Shown: piece by piece, positions 36,901 through 48,300 of the stretch | Layout: each line of letters opens with the position of its first letter | How positions within the stretch are numbered: position 1 is the first letter of the stretch | NCBI GenBank assembly: GCA_905178155.1 | Contig: CAJINV010000015.1 | Coordinates: 1,666,538-1,730,537, forward strand | Origin: Amoebophrya sp. A120 | Lineage: Eukaryota; Protista; Dinoflagellata | Length of the DNA: 64,000 bases | Direction of reading: 5' to 3' | Program-made: the position numbers and the translations under genes | Notes under the pieces: generated by a model | Seen by the model: the letters and a program-made list of their open reading frames with translations, nothing else | The model's database searches: none | What the model was told of the DNA's origin: nothing

Positions 36901-38175
36901 AAAAGTACTTATCGTACTAGTACTAGAAATGCAATACAAATTGATGGCTCAGCATTACAAATTGAATTTGTATATCATGCGAATCTGCCTTTAGAAAAAG
37001 ACTTGTAATTCATATAAAGCATTTAGTACGCGTGCGATGCTTTTGCACAGGATAGTACTAGCGACGTAACGATAGAAGAGGCGCGGAAATACCTCGGGCG
37101 GTTTGGGTTAGTCGGGGAATTGCCGTTGAATCCGATTAAAACTTTATCCGGTGGGCAGAAATCGAGACTCGCGTTTGCGGAACTAGCCTGGCTATGAACT
37201 GCAAAAGTATCGTACTCCTACTCGTATAAATGCATTACAAATTTTCTCAGCATGAGAAATAAAATTTGTAGTGCTGATTTACCTTGAGAAAAAGATTTGT
37301 ATTGCATGCCTGCAATATGAATGCGATACTTTTGCACAGGATACTGGCGCCAGCCGCACTTGTTGTTGCTCGATGAGCCGACAAACCACTTGGACTTGGA
37401 AACAATCGAAGGGCTAGCGATTATCAAGTGCAAAAATGTCTGGGTCTGGAAGAATGCATGTTTGTCATGCTGGTCTGGCATGATTCTTAAATCTGTCATG
37501 CACGTTACCCAAGAGCATCGCGCCACTTTTCTCTGATGCAGAAACGCAGTGTGTCATGTAGAACAGGCAACACCAAGAAGAAGCGCAGAATCTTGTCATG
37601 CTGAGCCAACACTTGTGGCCTCATCATGAGACGCCACCCAGCATCACAAGTTTCCAGACCCAGACATATTTGCAGTTGATAGCGATGGCGTTGAACCAGT
37701 TTGAAGGCGGGGTTGTTTTAGTCTCCCACGACGAGCGATTGTTGTCGTTGGTGTCTGATGAACTGTTATGCAAGATGAAAATTTTTTGTGTAAGTGTAGT
37801 AAGTCTGTGATGCAGAGCACGCAACACAGTTTAAGTACACTTCTCATGCTGGACAAGTACGCTTTCCTTTCTACACGTGCCGTGTTTTCACGTACTAGCT
37901 GTGTAGTTTTTGACAGGCTTTGTTCTCTGTCATGCAGAGCTAATCTGTCATGCTGATGTCCCTCGAAGCAGATAGACATCTACACTCACACGACAATTTT
38001 TTTTGTTGGATGCCTTTGGGTAGTCATGCCGGGGGAGCGAGAAGACGAGATCGGGTCGGTTTGCGTTTTTGACGGGAATTTCGACGAGTATCGAGACATG
38101 CTTCGCAACGAAATGACCGGGAAATCGTTACTGAAGGCCAGCGCGGGTGGACGGATTAAGAAGGGCGGGGACTAG
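30904..38175 (+). CDS. ABCF: ABC-F family ATPase (GCN20/ABCF-like translation factor)
   Basis: GRNGVGKST, FSGGWRMRIALA, LLLLDEPTNHLD, SHDR, linker KKMARQAQSRMK, second NBD GPNGAGKST, LSGGQKSRLAFA, LLLDEPTNHLD; no TM domain. Confidence 0.95.
31488..33348. mobile_element. Introner family B hosting a 1.6-kb nested insertion
   Basis: TATCAAATGCAAAAATGTCTGGGTCTG...CAGACCCAGACATATTTGCAATCCATA; DR GGAAA/GAAAA. Confidence 0.9.
31698..33291 (+). mobile_element. Non-coding retroposed insertion starting with a truncated spliced leader
   Basis: 22-bp TSD GGTCATGCAATACAAATTTTTT (31676-31697, 33292-33313); 5' junction reads TTTTGGCTCAAG, the 3' 12 nt of DinoSL; no credible ORF. Confidence 0.85.
33395..33564. 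mobile_element. Introner family A
   Basis: TIR; DR GCGAG/GCGGG. Confidence 0.9.
33623..33785. mobile_element. Introner family A
   Basis: TIR; DR ATGGT. Confidence 0.92.
34093..35476 (+). repeat. 76-bp exon/intron-junction duplication (34093-34168 and 35247-35476) bracketing a largely GC-rich insert of about 1.08 kb
   Basis: GGTCGTTCCT(G/C)AACGCC...AAAGATTGTGGTATACGAACTTTTTGTT twice; second copy interrupted by an introner. Confidence 0.9.
35301..35449. mobile_element. Introner family A
   Basis: TIR; DR AAGAT; empty-site paralog at 34142-34146. Confidence 0.95.
36059..36208. mobile_element. Introner family A, splits Walker A GPNGA|GKST
   Basis: TIR; DR AGCGG. Confidence 0.94.
36256..36472. 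mobile_element. Introner family F
   Basis: TIR; DR AGAGC. Confidence 0.9.
36528..36798. mobile_element. Introner family B
   Basis: Degenerate TIR; DR GGTTC; restores ARFTQHH. Confidence 0.9.
36891..37054. mobile_element. Introner family A
   Basis: TIR; DR GGACA/GTACT (decayed). Confidence 0.88.
37193..37343. mobile_element. Introner family A
   Basis: TIR; DR CTGGC. Confidence 0.93.
37422..37681. mobile_element. Introner family B
   Basis: TIR; DR GCGAT. Confidence 0.93.
37767..38012. mobile_element. Introner family F (degenerate)
   Basis: Decayed TIR and DR ACTGT/CCTTT; restores DELWVV. Confidence 0.82.
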
Positions 38176-38640
38176 AACTATCTATCACCCGGGCGGTGGG
38201 GATGAGAAAAAATGAAAATTTTGCTTCCTCCCCCCGCATGACTCTTTTGACTGTCATGGTAGAAAAATGAACGCGCGGCGATTTTTTTCGTGTGGTGAGA
38301 CGAGGAGATTATATCAAACTAGGCGACAAATTGAAATTCTATATTATCCGACATCACTACTTCCTTCGAACTCGCAGCATGAGTATCGAAATGAGGAAAA
38401 ATAGTGATGAAGAACCACTTGTTCTCGAGATAGAGATGTTGTACACTAGTATCGAGTTTATGTTGTACCAAAGCAGTACAAAGAAACCAAGCGAACCCAT
38501 TTATCATTTCTATAACTTGGCAAGAGCTTTCACTTTCACAGCACCACGAGCAGCTGGCGGAAAGTGTAGAAATTTTTCAACAGCCATTGAAGAAGACTGC
38601 ACGGCCCTGCTCGAGCTGTGCGTTGTTCCGGTTTCTCTTC

Positions 38641-38900
38641 TATCAAATGTAAAAGTGTCTGGGTCTGGAAGAATGCAACTTGTGATGCTGCGTTTGGATT
38701 CCAAAAACATCTGTATTGCATGAGTACCAAAGGGAATGCAATTTTTGCTAAAGCTGAGGCGGCATTTGTCATGCGGAATAGGCATCAAGAAGCTCTCAAA
38801 AAATCTGTATTGCTAGGGTATGCATCACAGACATCATGGCTCATGCAAAACGTGCGTGACAAGTTTCAGAATCTTCCAGACCCAGACACTTTTACAGTTA
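38641..38900. mobile_element. Introner family B outside recognisable CDS, with 51-bp flanking duplication
   Basis: 38590-38640 repeated at 38901-38951 (2 mismatches); right TIR clipped. Confidence 0.88.
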
Positions 38901-39482
38901 AAGAAGACTACACGGCCCTGTTCGAGCTGTGCGTTGTTCCGGTTTCTCTTCTGTCTCTTTGACGTGGGTGTGCCGCGCTTTTGTTAGCTTTCTGTGATCC
39001 ATGATCAGACGGAGCTGAACTGTATTTGTGAACCCCAGCGAAAGCGATCTGTTACTTGCAGCAGCAGGAGGAGGATCAGGTTTGTTCGTTGTTTCGTTCC
39101 TGACAGATCTCTTCTTTCGGTTCTCGAAGTCGCACTCCTTCTTTTGGTGGCGCGTGCTTTTGCCACTAAAAAAACGATCACGATGATGAGGATGAGGATG
39201 ATGATGTTTATGTGTTGGAGGTCAGGTGTGAGTCTTCTATGGATAGGGCCCGTGATACAGGTAAGTATAGCATCACACCAAAGTAAAACTCATAACTTTC
39301 ATTTCTCCAACATCCTTCACGAGGCCGTATTAGAAAAATGCCAAGAGCCACTACTTCTGCTTTGGTTAGTACCCCGGACGACGACCCAACCGCCTCCGCT
39401 GCGTATAATTCCCGAACCGGTGCGCAACACGGTTTCACGAGGACCTTGCGCTGTATAAGTCGTGTCATCCTCCAAGATCAAA

Positions 39483-41204
39483 ATGACATCCACCAGTACT
39501 AGCACGACCTCCCGGGCAACTAGTTCCAGCACAACGAGTAACCAACCGCCCGCGGAAGTCTACATTCTGTTTATTGTCGCACCCACTTTCGGTCTCCCCG
39601 GCACTGGGGATTTGCTTTACGAATTGGACTTATCCAGTAACGGGAAGCGGGAAGACAGCCCACATTTGTATCCTGTGTAAAAACGTCCCCACCCCAGAGT
39701 CGAAATGGGGATTTTTCAGCACAAACCTTGAAGTTTTGGGAGTCACGCATGACAAGTTGTAGGCCGTAGTGTAGTGCAGTTTAGAACAAAGGGAAGCCGC
39801 ATATATAATAAAACCGCCCTCTTGTCCTGTTTACAGCATTACAAGTTCCAAAGCGCGCTGGGAAAAAATGCTCTCATGGGGATCATGCGCATTACAAATG
39901 CTCTTGCGTTTGCAGATCTGCATGACAAGAACTCTGAAACGGGGTTGTTTTTACACAGGATGATTTGGCGCAGTTTATCGCCAGCAGCAGTTTAGACGAG
40001 CTGGACGCGCAGTTGCTTTTACAGCAGCATTATCCTCTGCAAAAGTACCGTATTCGTGTTGCAATCATGCATTACAAATCTTTTTGTTAAGTCAAATCCG
40101 CATTACAAATTCTATTTCTCATGCTGAGGAAATTTGTAATGCATTTATACGATTACGAGTGCGATACTTTTGCAGTTCATGAGCAAGCGGTGAATACGCC
40201 GGGGCAACTGTTTTTCAAGGTATAGTATAGAAGGAGTTGTTTGTCTTGCATTTTATTTCCAAGGAATAAGATGAAAGAACACATTATCTTATGCTCCGCA
40301 CCATTAATGAAACAGCATGACAAATTTTTATAAAAATCACGCTCGCCCCCCGGCAGTCCGTCGACAGTTTCAACGATTTTCTCGTTTCCGCCTTCGTCAC
40401 CCCGGGGCATTTGCGACTACTATGCATTGCAATAGTACTTCTATCGTGGAGGTCGTAGTAAATTGTATGGCAGTTGTCATGCATTGCAAGTCTCTTACTC
40501 TTTCTTGATGTATTAAAAGTAAATCCGCAGTACAACAGTACTACATACAGTCAGTTGTACTTTTGCAGAGCATAATTCCTCCTCCTGCACAAATCCCGAG
40601 CGACCACAGCCGCGTCCGCGAATTTGTATGAATTGCAAAAGTGTCCTCGTACTCGTAGTTTTGCAATACAAATTAGCTCAGCATTACAAATGGACTTTGT
40701 CATGCGGTTTCAGCTTGAGAAAGGGATTTGTAATGCATAAATGCAATCACTACTAGAACTAGTACGATACTTTTGCACAGGATAATTTGGAACCGAACGT
40801 GATAAAGCCCCTTTTGGAGCTATGGCGTTCTCAACTGTTACATTGTCAACTGTTACATGAATTTGCCATGCAAAACTGCCATCAAGATCCACACGATCAA
40901 GCTTCTTTGCATGACAAATTTGCAAAGGGCTAAACTGCGCCCAAATCTGTGCGGAATTTGTAATGCTAAAGGCGCAACCTCCCCCCTTTGACTTTTCCTA
41001 TTCTTGCATTACAAATTCATGTAACACTTGAGAATGTAACATTTGAGAACGCCATAAGAGCAGGTCAGCGAGGTGTTTACGAAGACGGTGCTGACGAACC
41101 CGTTTTACGTCCCGTTTCGGAAAATCACGTCCAATTCCCTGAAGTTACTACTGGACACCAGGGTGAAAAACTGCGCGAGACGGTACTTGACGCACTTGAC
41201 TTAA
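39483..41204 (+). CDS. TRAPPC2: Trafficking protein particle complex subunit 2 (sedlin/Trs20); 5 introners and GT-AG intron 40220-40356
   Basis: Spliced product contains [45 protein letters not shown] and TNPFYVP..ITS...DTRVKNCARRYL, matching sedlin motifs. Confidence 0.9.
39669..39962. mobile_element. Introner family C
   Basis: TIR; DR ATTTG. Confidence 0.92.
40031..40181. mobile_element. Introner family A
   Basis: TIR; DR AGCAT/AGCAA. Confidence 0.9.
40421..40574. mobile_element. Introner family A (degenerate)
   Basis: TATGCATTGCAATAGTAC...GTACTTTTGCAGAGCATA; DR ACTAC/ATTCC. Confidence 0.82.
40627..40784. mobile_element. Introner family A
   Basis: TIR; DR ATTTG. Confidence 0.92.
40821..41056. 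mobile_element. Introner family E
   Basis: TATGGCGTTCTCAA...TTGAGAACGCCATA; DR GGAGC/AGAGC. Confidence 0.93.
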
Positions 41205-41381
41205 GAAGTTCTCTATCACTGACAGAGCACGAGGAGTCCTTACTACCTGGGGCGGAGGAAGGGTTTGTCATTTTCTACCTGTTGCACAGGAGAGGACAAG
41301 AAGTACGGTGGGCGCGGCGGGGGCAGTGAGAAGTCGTCGATTTGTGTTGCAAATTTCCTTCGGACCACCGCACAAGAAATA

Positions 41382-42793
41382 ATGTTGTTCCACCTCACTC
41401 GCATTCTCCACGGGTGTCCGAAGCACCGGAAATCGGTGTTTCAGGCGAAGAGGAGACGGTTGCTGTTTTTCCTAGACAAGTGGAAATACCTCTTCCCAGT
41501 CCGGAGGGAGAAGATGCGGAGAAGGCTCGAAACGGAGAACCGCTGGCTAAGAGATATTGCAACGAAAAATCCCCCCTCCCCATATCGAAAACGTATCTTC
41601 TGAAAATTTGTGATGCAGATTTGTGACCACAAATCCTGTCTGTCTTGCTAGAAGGCAAATCCAGGCTCTCTGCCACACTATGCAGGCGATTTGTGACGCT
41701 GTAAGGACTACAGGGCAGCCGTCTCCAATGCTAGGCGCCTACACCAAAAGGCCCCGAGCTAGGCTTGCGATCATCTGCGTGCAGTCCTCTACTGCAAAAC
41801 AAATCTGATTTGTGTACGCAAATCCAGCATCACAGATCTCCTTTTCGATATGGCTATGGGGAGGAGGGATTTTTCCTCACAATAAAAGAGCCGGCCATTC
41901 ACCCGTTCCGGTTTGCCGGGTTTTGGTATGAGACTGCTCAACTCCTCATCCCCCCTATTTGTCATGCAAAATACCAAGTCCACACTTCGCCTCTTGGCAC
42001 TGTTAGCATGGCAAGTTCTGGAAGCGGCCCGAATAGCACTACACTCCTGCGCAAATTTGTCGTGCAAAATCTGCATTATTGCGGACGCCTGTATTGCTGT
42101 TCATGCAATAGCAATACAAATGAGGGGGAGGGGCGGGAGTTGTGCGCTCTCATATTTTGGGTCAGGAATTCGGTTTCGAAAAGTCGATCGCGGAGGATAT
42201 GGATTGTAAAAGTGTCTGGGTCTGGAAGAGTGTAAGACTTGTCATGCACATTTTGCATGACCCATGATGTCTGTGATGCCTGCCCTAGCATCACAAATTT
42301 TTTGACGGCTTTCTGATGCGTATCCTGTATGACAAATGCCCTCTCCGTGTAGCACAAAATCGAATCCTCTTGCTGGTCATGCAACACAGATTTTTTTAGA
42401 ATCCGAAGACAGCATCAGAAGTTGCATCCTTCCAGACCCAGACATTTTTGCGTTTGATAGAGGACGGGGGTGGACAACTTCAGGCCGCGGATTATGACGT
42501 TCTCAAACGTTACATTCTCAACTGTTACATGGATTTGTAATGCAAGACTGGCAAAAGTGAAAGGAGGAAGATTGCGCCTTTTGCATTACAAGTTTGGCGC
42601 AGATTTAGGTGCGGCTTAGCCCTTCGCAAATTTCTCATGGGGAGCAGCTTGATCGTGAGGATGATGATGGTGTTTTTGCATGACAAATGCATGCGACAGT
42701 TGAGAATGTAACGCTTGAGAACCCCATACGGGTCCGGGGTACTTTCGAGGCGGAAGTGCGGGAAGTGGTAGTGGTGGCTACAACGCGAGGTAG
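41382..42793 (+). CDS. Small basic protein, possibly mitochondrial ribosomal bL32-like; 4 introners; C-terminal frame depends on 5- vs 6-bp DR at 42155
   Basis: MLFHLTRILHGCPKHRKSVFQAKRRRLL...ENRWLREPAIHPFRFAGFW; PKxRKS..xRRR resembles the bL32 N-terminal motif after a short presequence. Confidence 0.6.
41555..41884. mobile_element. Introner family I
   Basis: TATTGCAACGAAAAATCCCCCCTCCCCATA...TATGGGGAGGAGGGATTTTTCCTCACAATA; DR AGAGA/AAAGA. Confidence 0.9.
41927..42154. mobile_element. Introner family G
   Basis: TATGAGACTGCTCAACTCC...GGAGTTGTGCGCTCTCATA; flanks TTTTGG/TTTTGG. Confidence 0.9.
42198..42459. mobile_element. Introner family B
   Basis: TIR; DR GAGGA. Confidence 0.92.
42493..42728. 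mobile_element. Introner family E (reverse orientation)
   Basis: Reverse complement of the 3748-3983 type; DR CGGAT/CGGGT. Confidence 0.92.
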
Positions 42794-44612
42794 TAGTCTT
42801 TTTTCTACTGCAACTGCTGGTCCTCCCTGGTGACCCAGCATTGGTACTGACTACAGCTGAGTCTTGAAACAATTGAGAAGCAGGAGGCTGAGTAAAGAGA
42901 AAGACTTTGCTGCTGGTTTTGCCAGGGCTCGTCTTCTTCTCTTCTTCCATAAAGCAGGCCTTTGCAAACGGAAAAGGAATTATATAAAAAACGGGAAAAT
43001 TTGGGTTTACGTTTACCCGCAGCTGAAGATGCCGTCTTCGTTCCACAGGATCGTTTTTTTCGATTTTTTTTCAAAAGCAACGTCGATCTAAATGTTGGAA
43101 TGCAGAAGTTCTTCTCTTGATTCTTTTGGCGATCAGAATCATGACAATCATTTGTTTTTTTTGATGTGGTTCTTTTGAAGGGCTCGGGCTGCCACGTGAG
43201 AAAGGAGCAGCACCAAGAGCAGCTTCGCCAGCACTTCTGACTGCCACTCGTCGCGCATTTTTTTCTTGTTGTGTCGGCGAGATTGTTGTGGCGCAAATGA
43301 AGGTGGTGCGCCGGCGTGGGGACTGTAAGCAGAGATCTTCTGGTCGTGCTGATGAAATCAATGACGCAGCAATGTTACTCTTACTTACCGTTTGATGTCT
43401 GATGAAGTTTTAGGAAGAAAAGCGATGCGTCATGACTGAAAGTCAAAATAATGTCGGTCGTGCGAATTATTTTTTTTCAAAATGCTTTCGGTGAGCGCTG
43501 GCGGTAGTAAGTACGCGCGTAAGTAGCATAGATTGCTTTTTTGCGAAAAGACCCGAACTAGTCGGTGAGTCGCATAAGTAGCCAGATTGTTTTTTTCCCA
43601 AATACCCGAACTAACAGGCCGATTGTGGTACAAAGGTAACTCAAGGTCGATGAAATTCGAACTTGCATTCTACTCATTACATTGTATGATTTATTTGAAT
43701 TGAGTGGTTTGCGTTTGGGTCTATATATTTTGTCTCCGAGTTTTGGAATAACACAAGTTCAAGTTTACAAAAGAGACAATAGCTCAAGTTCTTTTCGGCC
43801 TCTTGATCTACGAATGAAAATTGATGATTACTCTATTTATCCTCGTTTTAGCAATCTAAGTACTACTTCCCCAGCAGACGCGTCTGTTTATGACCTTTTG
43901 AAAAAATAAACAGACGGCACCGAATTTTCCTAACTCTAATTTTATCATACGAGAAAAAAAAAATACGAATGCAGATAGAATAAAGTAAAACACAACTACC
44001 CGAGGCCGAGCAGTATTATTACCCGATGTTTTGTGGAAGAACCACATCAACTTCTACTTCTTTTGGTACTTCTACGCTACCTCCAGGCAGTATTCCAAGC
44101 CGCAAAATAAACGAGCAGACGGCCACCAGGGTGTTTCCTTTCCTCTGGCTCGCTCCAGCAGGAGTCCACTTTTGAAGCACGCAGTCCGGAGGTGGGAAGA
44201 ACACCGATTATAATCCCAGAACGGTGGAAATAAAGTCCGAACCAAATAATTACCCGACGACCAGTTTTTTCCACGCAACAAGTTCCTGGCGGCCTTATAA
44301 AGCAAGAGCTGGACCACGAACTGGAACTTGCCGTTGCCCATCTTCAAGAATGAATCATTAACTCACGGGGGCACGACCAGAACGAGGAACAATATCATAT
44401 ATAAACGAAACACGAGCAGACGAGCAGGAGAGCGAAGCCCATCTTCGGGTGATGAAGAACCAGGTTCATTTCCTTCAGCATATTTTGATATAGGTACAAG
44501 GCGGCTGTTGAAGCCTGAATAGTAAGAATCCCGGAGCAGCAGGTGCATCTCGTGCTCAACATTTTTCCAGTAGTACGGCTCGTCGCATCACCGCCGGGCC
44601 TCGAAAAAAACC

Positions 44613-44876
44613 TATCAAATACAAAAATGTCTGGATCTTCTGAAACATGGCAACTTGTCATGCCAGATCTGGATCATGCAAAAATCTGTGTTGCAGGATT
44701 ACCAAAAGCTGGCGACTTTTGACCAAGCTGACAGGGGGTGTCTCATGCGGAATAGGTATGACAGAGGTCTCATAGGATCTGTCATGCTAGGTTCTGCCTT
44801 CCAGACCTCACGCGTCATCTACCACCTGCATCACAAGTTTGCATCTTTCCAGACCCAGACATATTTGTAACGCATA
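44613..44876. mobile_element. Introner family B, host reading frame not resolved
   Basis: TIR; DR AAACC. Confidence 0.88.
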
Positions 44877-45390
44877 AAACCTTTGTGGCAACAAAAAATC
44901 GCCGACCTCCAAACGAGCAGGACGGCGATCTCGATCTTTTGCTACGTCTAGATTATACAACAGCTTCTGCCAGATACGCCTGTTGTCGCTGTGGTTTATT
45001 GCAGCGACGTGAAGAAATAGATTACAACACCGAGGACCTGCTTCGTAGAGGAGGAGTGGATATCCGGAAGAATAAATATGGAACAACTCGTCCAGGCGAA
45101 ATCTACAGAAAGACCAGCAAGTAAGTAACCACACAGACACGACGGACTGCACAAGATTAATTTTTCGGCGGTTGAGAACTTGCACTTGGCGCCGTCAGCA
45201 GATCCAGATGAACTAACTACCGAGGATCCTAAGTAGAACTAGAAATAGAGCACGAAGTACTAGCAGATAGTAAAACAAAAACGCGCCACGCGACCGCCAC
45301 GCCAGCTGTCTTTTCATTCCCCTTCAACTTCGAAGGTGGAAACTACGGCAACGAAGAACTTCGGCAAAAAACCACCAGAATATCTTCAAG

Positions 45391-48300
45391 ATGCCGCACG
45401 CCGTTTCCTGGTATTTGTTTGGCGAGCGCGCCCTGGATTTTATCCAGCCGCGTCATATTATGACCGTGCACAACTCCCCTCACTCTCATTTCTCATGCAA
45501 AATACCCAATCCACCTTTTGCCTCTTAGCGCTGTTTGCATGACAAGTGCTGGTAGCTGCCCAAATAAGTAGCGCTACACCCCAGCGCAAAATTGTCATAC
45601 AAAGCCGGCATTCTTGCCGATGCGTGTATTGCCGTTCATGCAATACAAATGAGGGGGGAGGGGAGTTGTAGTGCATTGTCATACACAAATCCCTCGACGA
45701 CCGCATCGCGGATGAGCTAGCCTCTAACCGAACCTGCACCCCCTCCTGCAAGCAGATCACGCGTTTAACCTTGAAAGCGATCTTCGCGGGTCTCACCGTT
45801 TCGCTCGCACTTATCCCGGAATGCCTCGCGTTATGGGAGTGCACAAGAACTCGCCCCCCTTCCCCCCATTTGTCATGCAAAACCGCAAGTCCATTTGTTC
45901 CTCTGTGGCACTGTTTGCATGACAAATTTCGGAAGGCCAAACAAACAGTACTACCTTTGGCCGGTGATCTGGGCATGCACAGGCCTCAGGAGTGCTGGTG
46001 TTTGTATTGCGGGTCATGCCATACAAATGAGGGGGAGGGGGACGAGTTGTGCACTCGCATACGCGTTCTCCTTTGTGGCGAATGTTCCGCCACTGGTTTC
46101 CCTCCAAGCCGTATGCTGTGGAAAAGTATCGTACTCGTATTGCAATCATGCATCACAAATCTTTTTCTTAAGTTGCATCAGCATTACAAATTTCTTTCCT
46201 CATGCTGAGGAAATTTGTAATGCATTTATACGAGTACGATACTTTTGCAGTTCATAAGCCGCCTGGATTATGTGCTTCGTCACCGCGCTCTTCAACGGCT
46301 ATCCAATGCAAATATGTCTGGGTCTGGAAGAGGACAAGCTCCTCATGCACATTTTCCATGATTCGTGATGTCGGCGATGTATGACTTAGCATGACAGATT
46401 TTTTGAGCGCTTTTCGATACGCATCTCGCATGACAAATGCCCTCTCCGCATAGCCAAATTTGACTCCCCTTGCTGCTCATGCTATACAGATTTTTTCAGC
46501 ATCCACATGTAGCATCACAAGTTCCACTTTTCCAGACCCAGACATTTTTGCAATGCATAACGGCTGTCCCGGGGTCATTTCCGGCGCAGCGGGGTCCATC
46601 GCGGTGTTATTGCCAACTTTCATGTCCGTACAAGAAGAGCAGAAATACCAGCCTTTTCTCGAGTTTGTCCCGGAAACCAGGCTGGGCCCGCACGGCACGG
46701 TCGGTGCGCCCTACTCGGACACGGAAAAAATTCTCCAGGCTAGGCAACTGGCTATGAATTGCAAAAGTACCGTACACCTAGTAGTGCAAATCGCATCACA
46801 AATTTGGTCAGCAGGACAAGTAGAACTTGTAATGCGGATTTGCCTTGAGAGAGAAATTTGTAATGCATGGCTGCAATCACTACGGTACGAGCGCGACACT
46901 TTTGCAGTTGATACTGGCGAAGCAGGCGCAATTGATCAAACTTTTCATCGCGGTCATGTGCAGCGGTGTGATGACCATGATCTACTCCCTCTGTCAAGCG
47001 CACTTTATCATTTGTAAAAACGTCTTCACCCCAGAGTTGTAATGCAAATCTGCATGCTGGGGGAAATGTTTTTGATGCGGAGACCCATTAGAAGCAGTTT
47101 CTTCCTGTGTTTTGCGATTTGTGATGCTCACATCCGCATGGTATGCTAGAGCAGTGATGCTGCTTCACTAGCTAAACCCGGCGACATTGCGAGCCCGAAT
47201 TTGTCATGCGCAACAGCCAAAGCTGGTTGATTTGTGTAGCAGATTCGCCATCTTGACTCTGGGGCGGGGACGTTTTTGCTTTCCATACACTTGCTGCTGA
47301 AATTAGTAACCGTTCCGGTCCGGCTCGGCTTCTTGATCGGCCTGGGGTTTTTGATGGGCTACACCCAACTCGAGTCCTTTGAAACCCCGGAATATGAATT
47401 GCAAAAGCATTGTACTCATATAAATGCATTACAAATTTCCTCAGGATTACAAATTGAATTTGTAATGCTGATTTACCTTCAGAAAAAGATTCGTAATGCA
47501 TGACTGCAATTGCTACGAGTGCGCTACTTTTGCAATGCATACGGAATTCCGCAACGGGATTCCGGACACGGACCAGTACGTTTCTGGGGGCAGATTGTAC
47601 GGGATGATAGTGTATCAATTCAAATATTCCTGGATGTCTGGAAGAGTACAAACTTGCCATGCAGAATTTCCATGCCCCCTAAGGTCTGGAATGCAGGACC
47701 TAGCATGGCAGATTCTAGTGCGATAGGTCTCTATGATCATGCCTTTCCTGCATGAGAAACTAACCCCCTCTCATGGTGTTCAGATGAAAAGGGCAACTTT
47801 TGATCCTGATCGCGAAAGACAGATTTTTGTGTGAAGATCCACAGGATGCATCACAAGTTCCATACTTCCAGACATCCAGGGATATTTGCAATCCATATAG
47901 TGCTGACCTGCATTTCCGTTTTGATCCAGACAATCCCGTGCAAATCGTGGCAGAAACTCCCTTATGAAATGGTGCAAAAGTGTCGTACTAGTAGTAACTG
48001 CATTACAAATTCGCTTGGCATCACAAATGAAATTTGTAATGCTTACAAGCGCTTAAGTAGCAAAGCTAAGTTGTAAGTTTTTAGCCTTTCAATACTTTAT
48101 GTTGCGTAGTAGCTTAGTGATTTAGTGGCTTTAGTAGGCCTAGAAAAGGCAAAGGGACGGACTGCCCTTAGATCTCCGATGTAATGCTGTTTCACCTTAC
48201 GAAGGACATTTGTCATGCATAAATGCGATTAGTACGACGAGTACGATGCTTTTGCACAGGATATCCCTTTGGCGATCATCTCCATTTTCGTCTGCACCGT

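Noticed and set aside
36886-37059. Idea that DR mismatches are always synonymous (GGACA/GTACT, AAGGC/AAAGC, CAATT/AAATT)
   Set aside because: Several others are non-synonymous (GCGAG/GCGGG, ATCCG/GTCCG, TGGGT/TAGGT), so no clean rule
43682-45124. Gene around the introner at 44613
   Set aside because: No frame gave a convincing continuous protein after element removal; left unannotated
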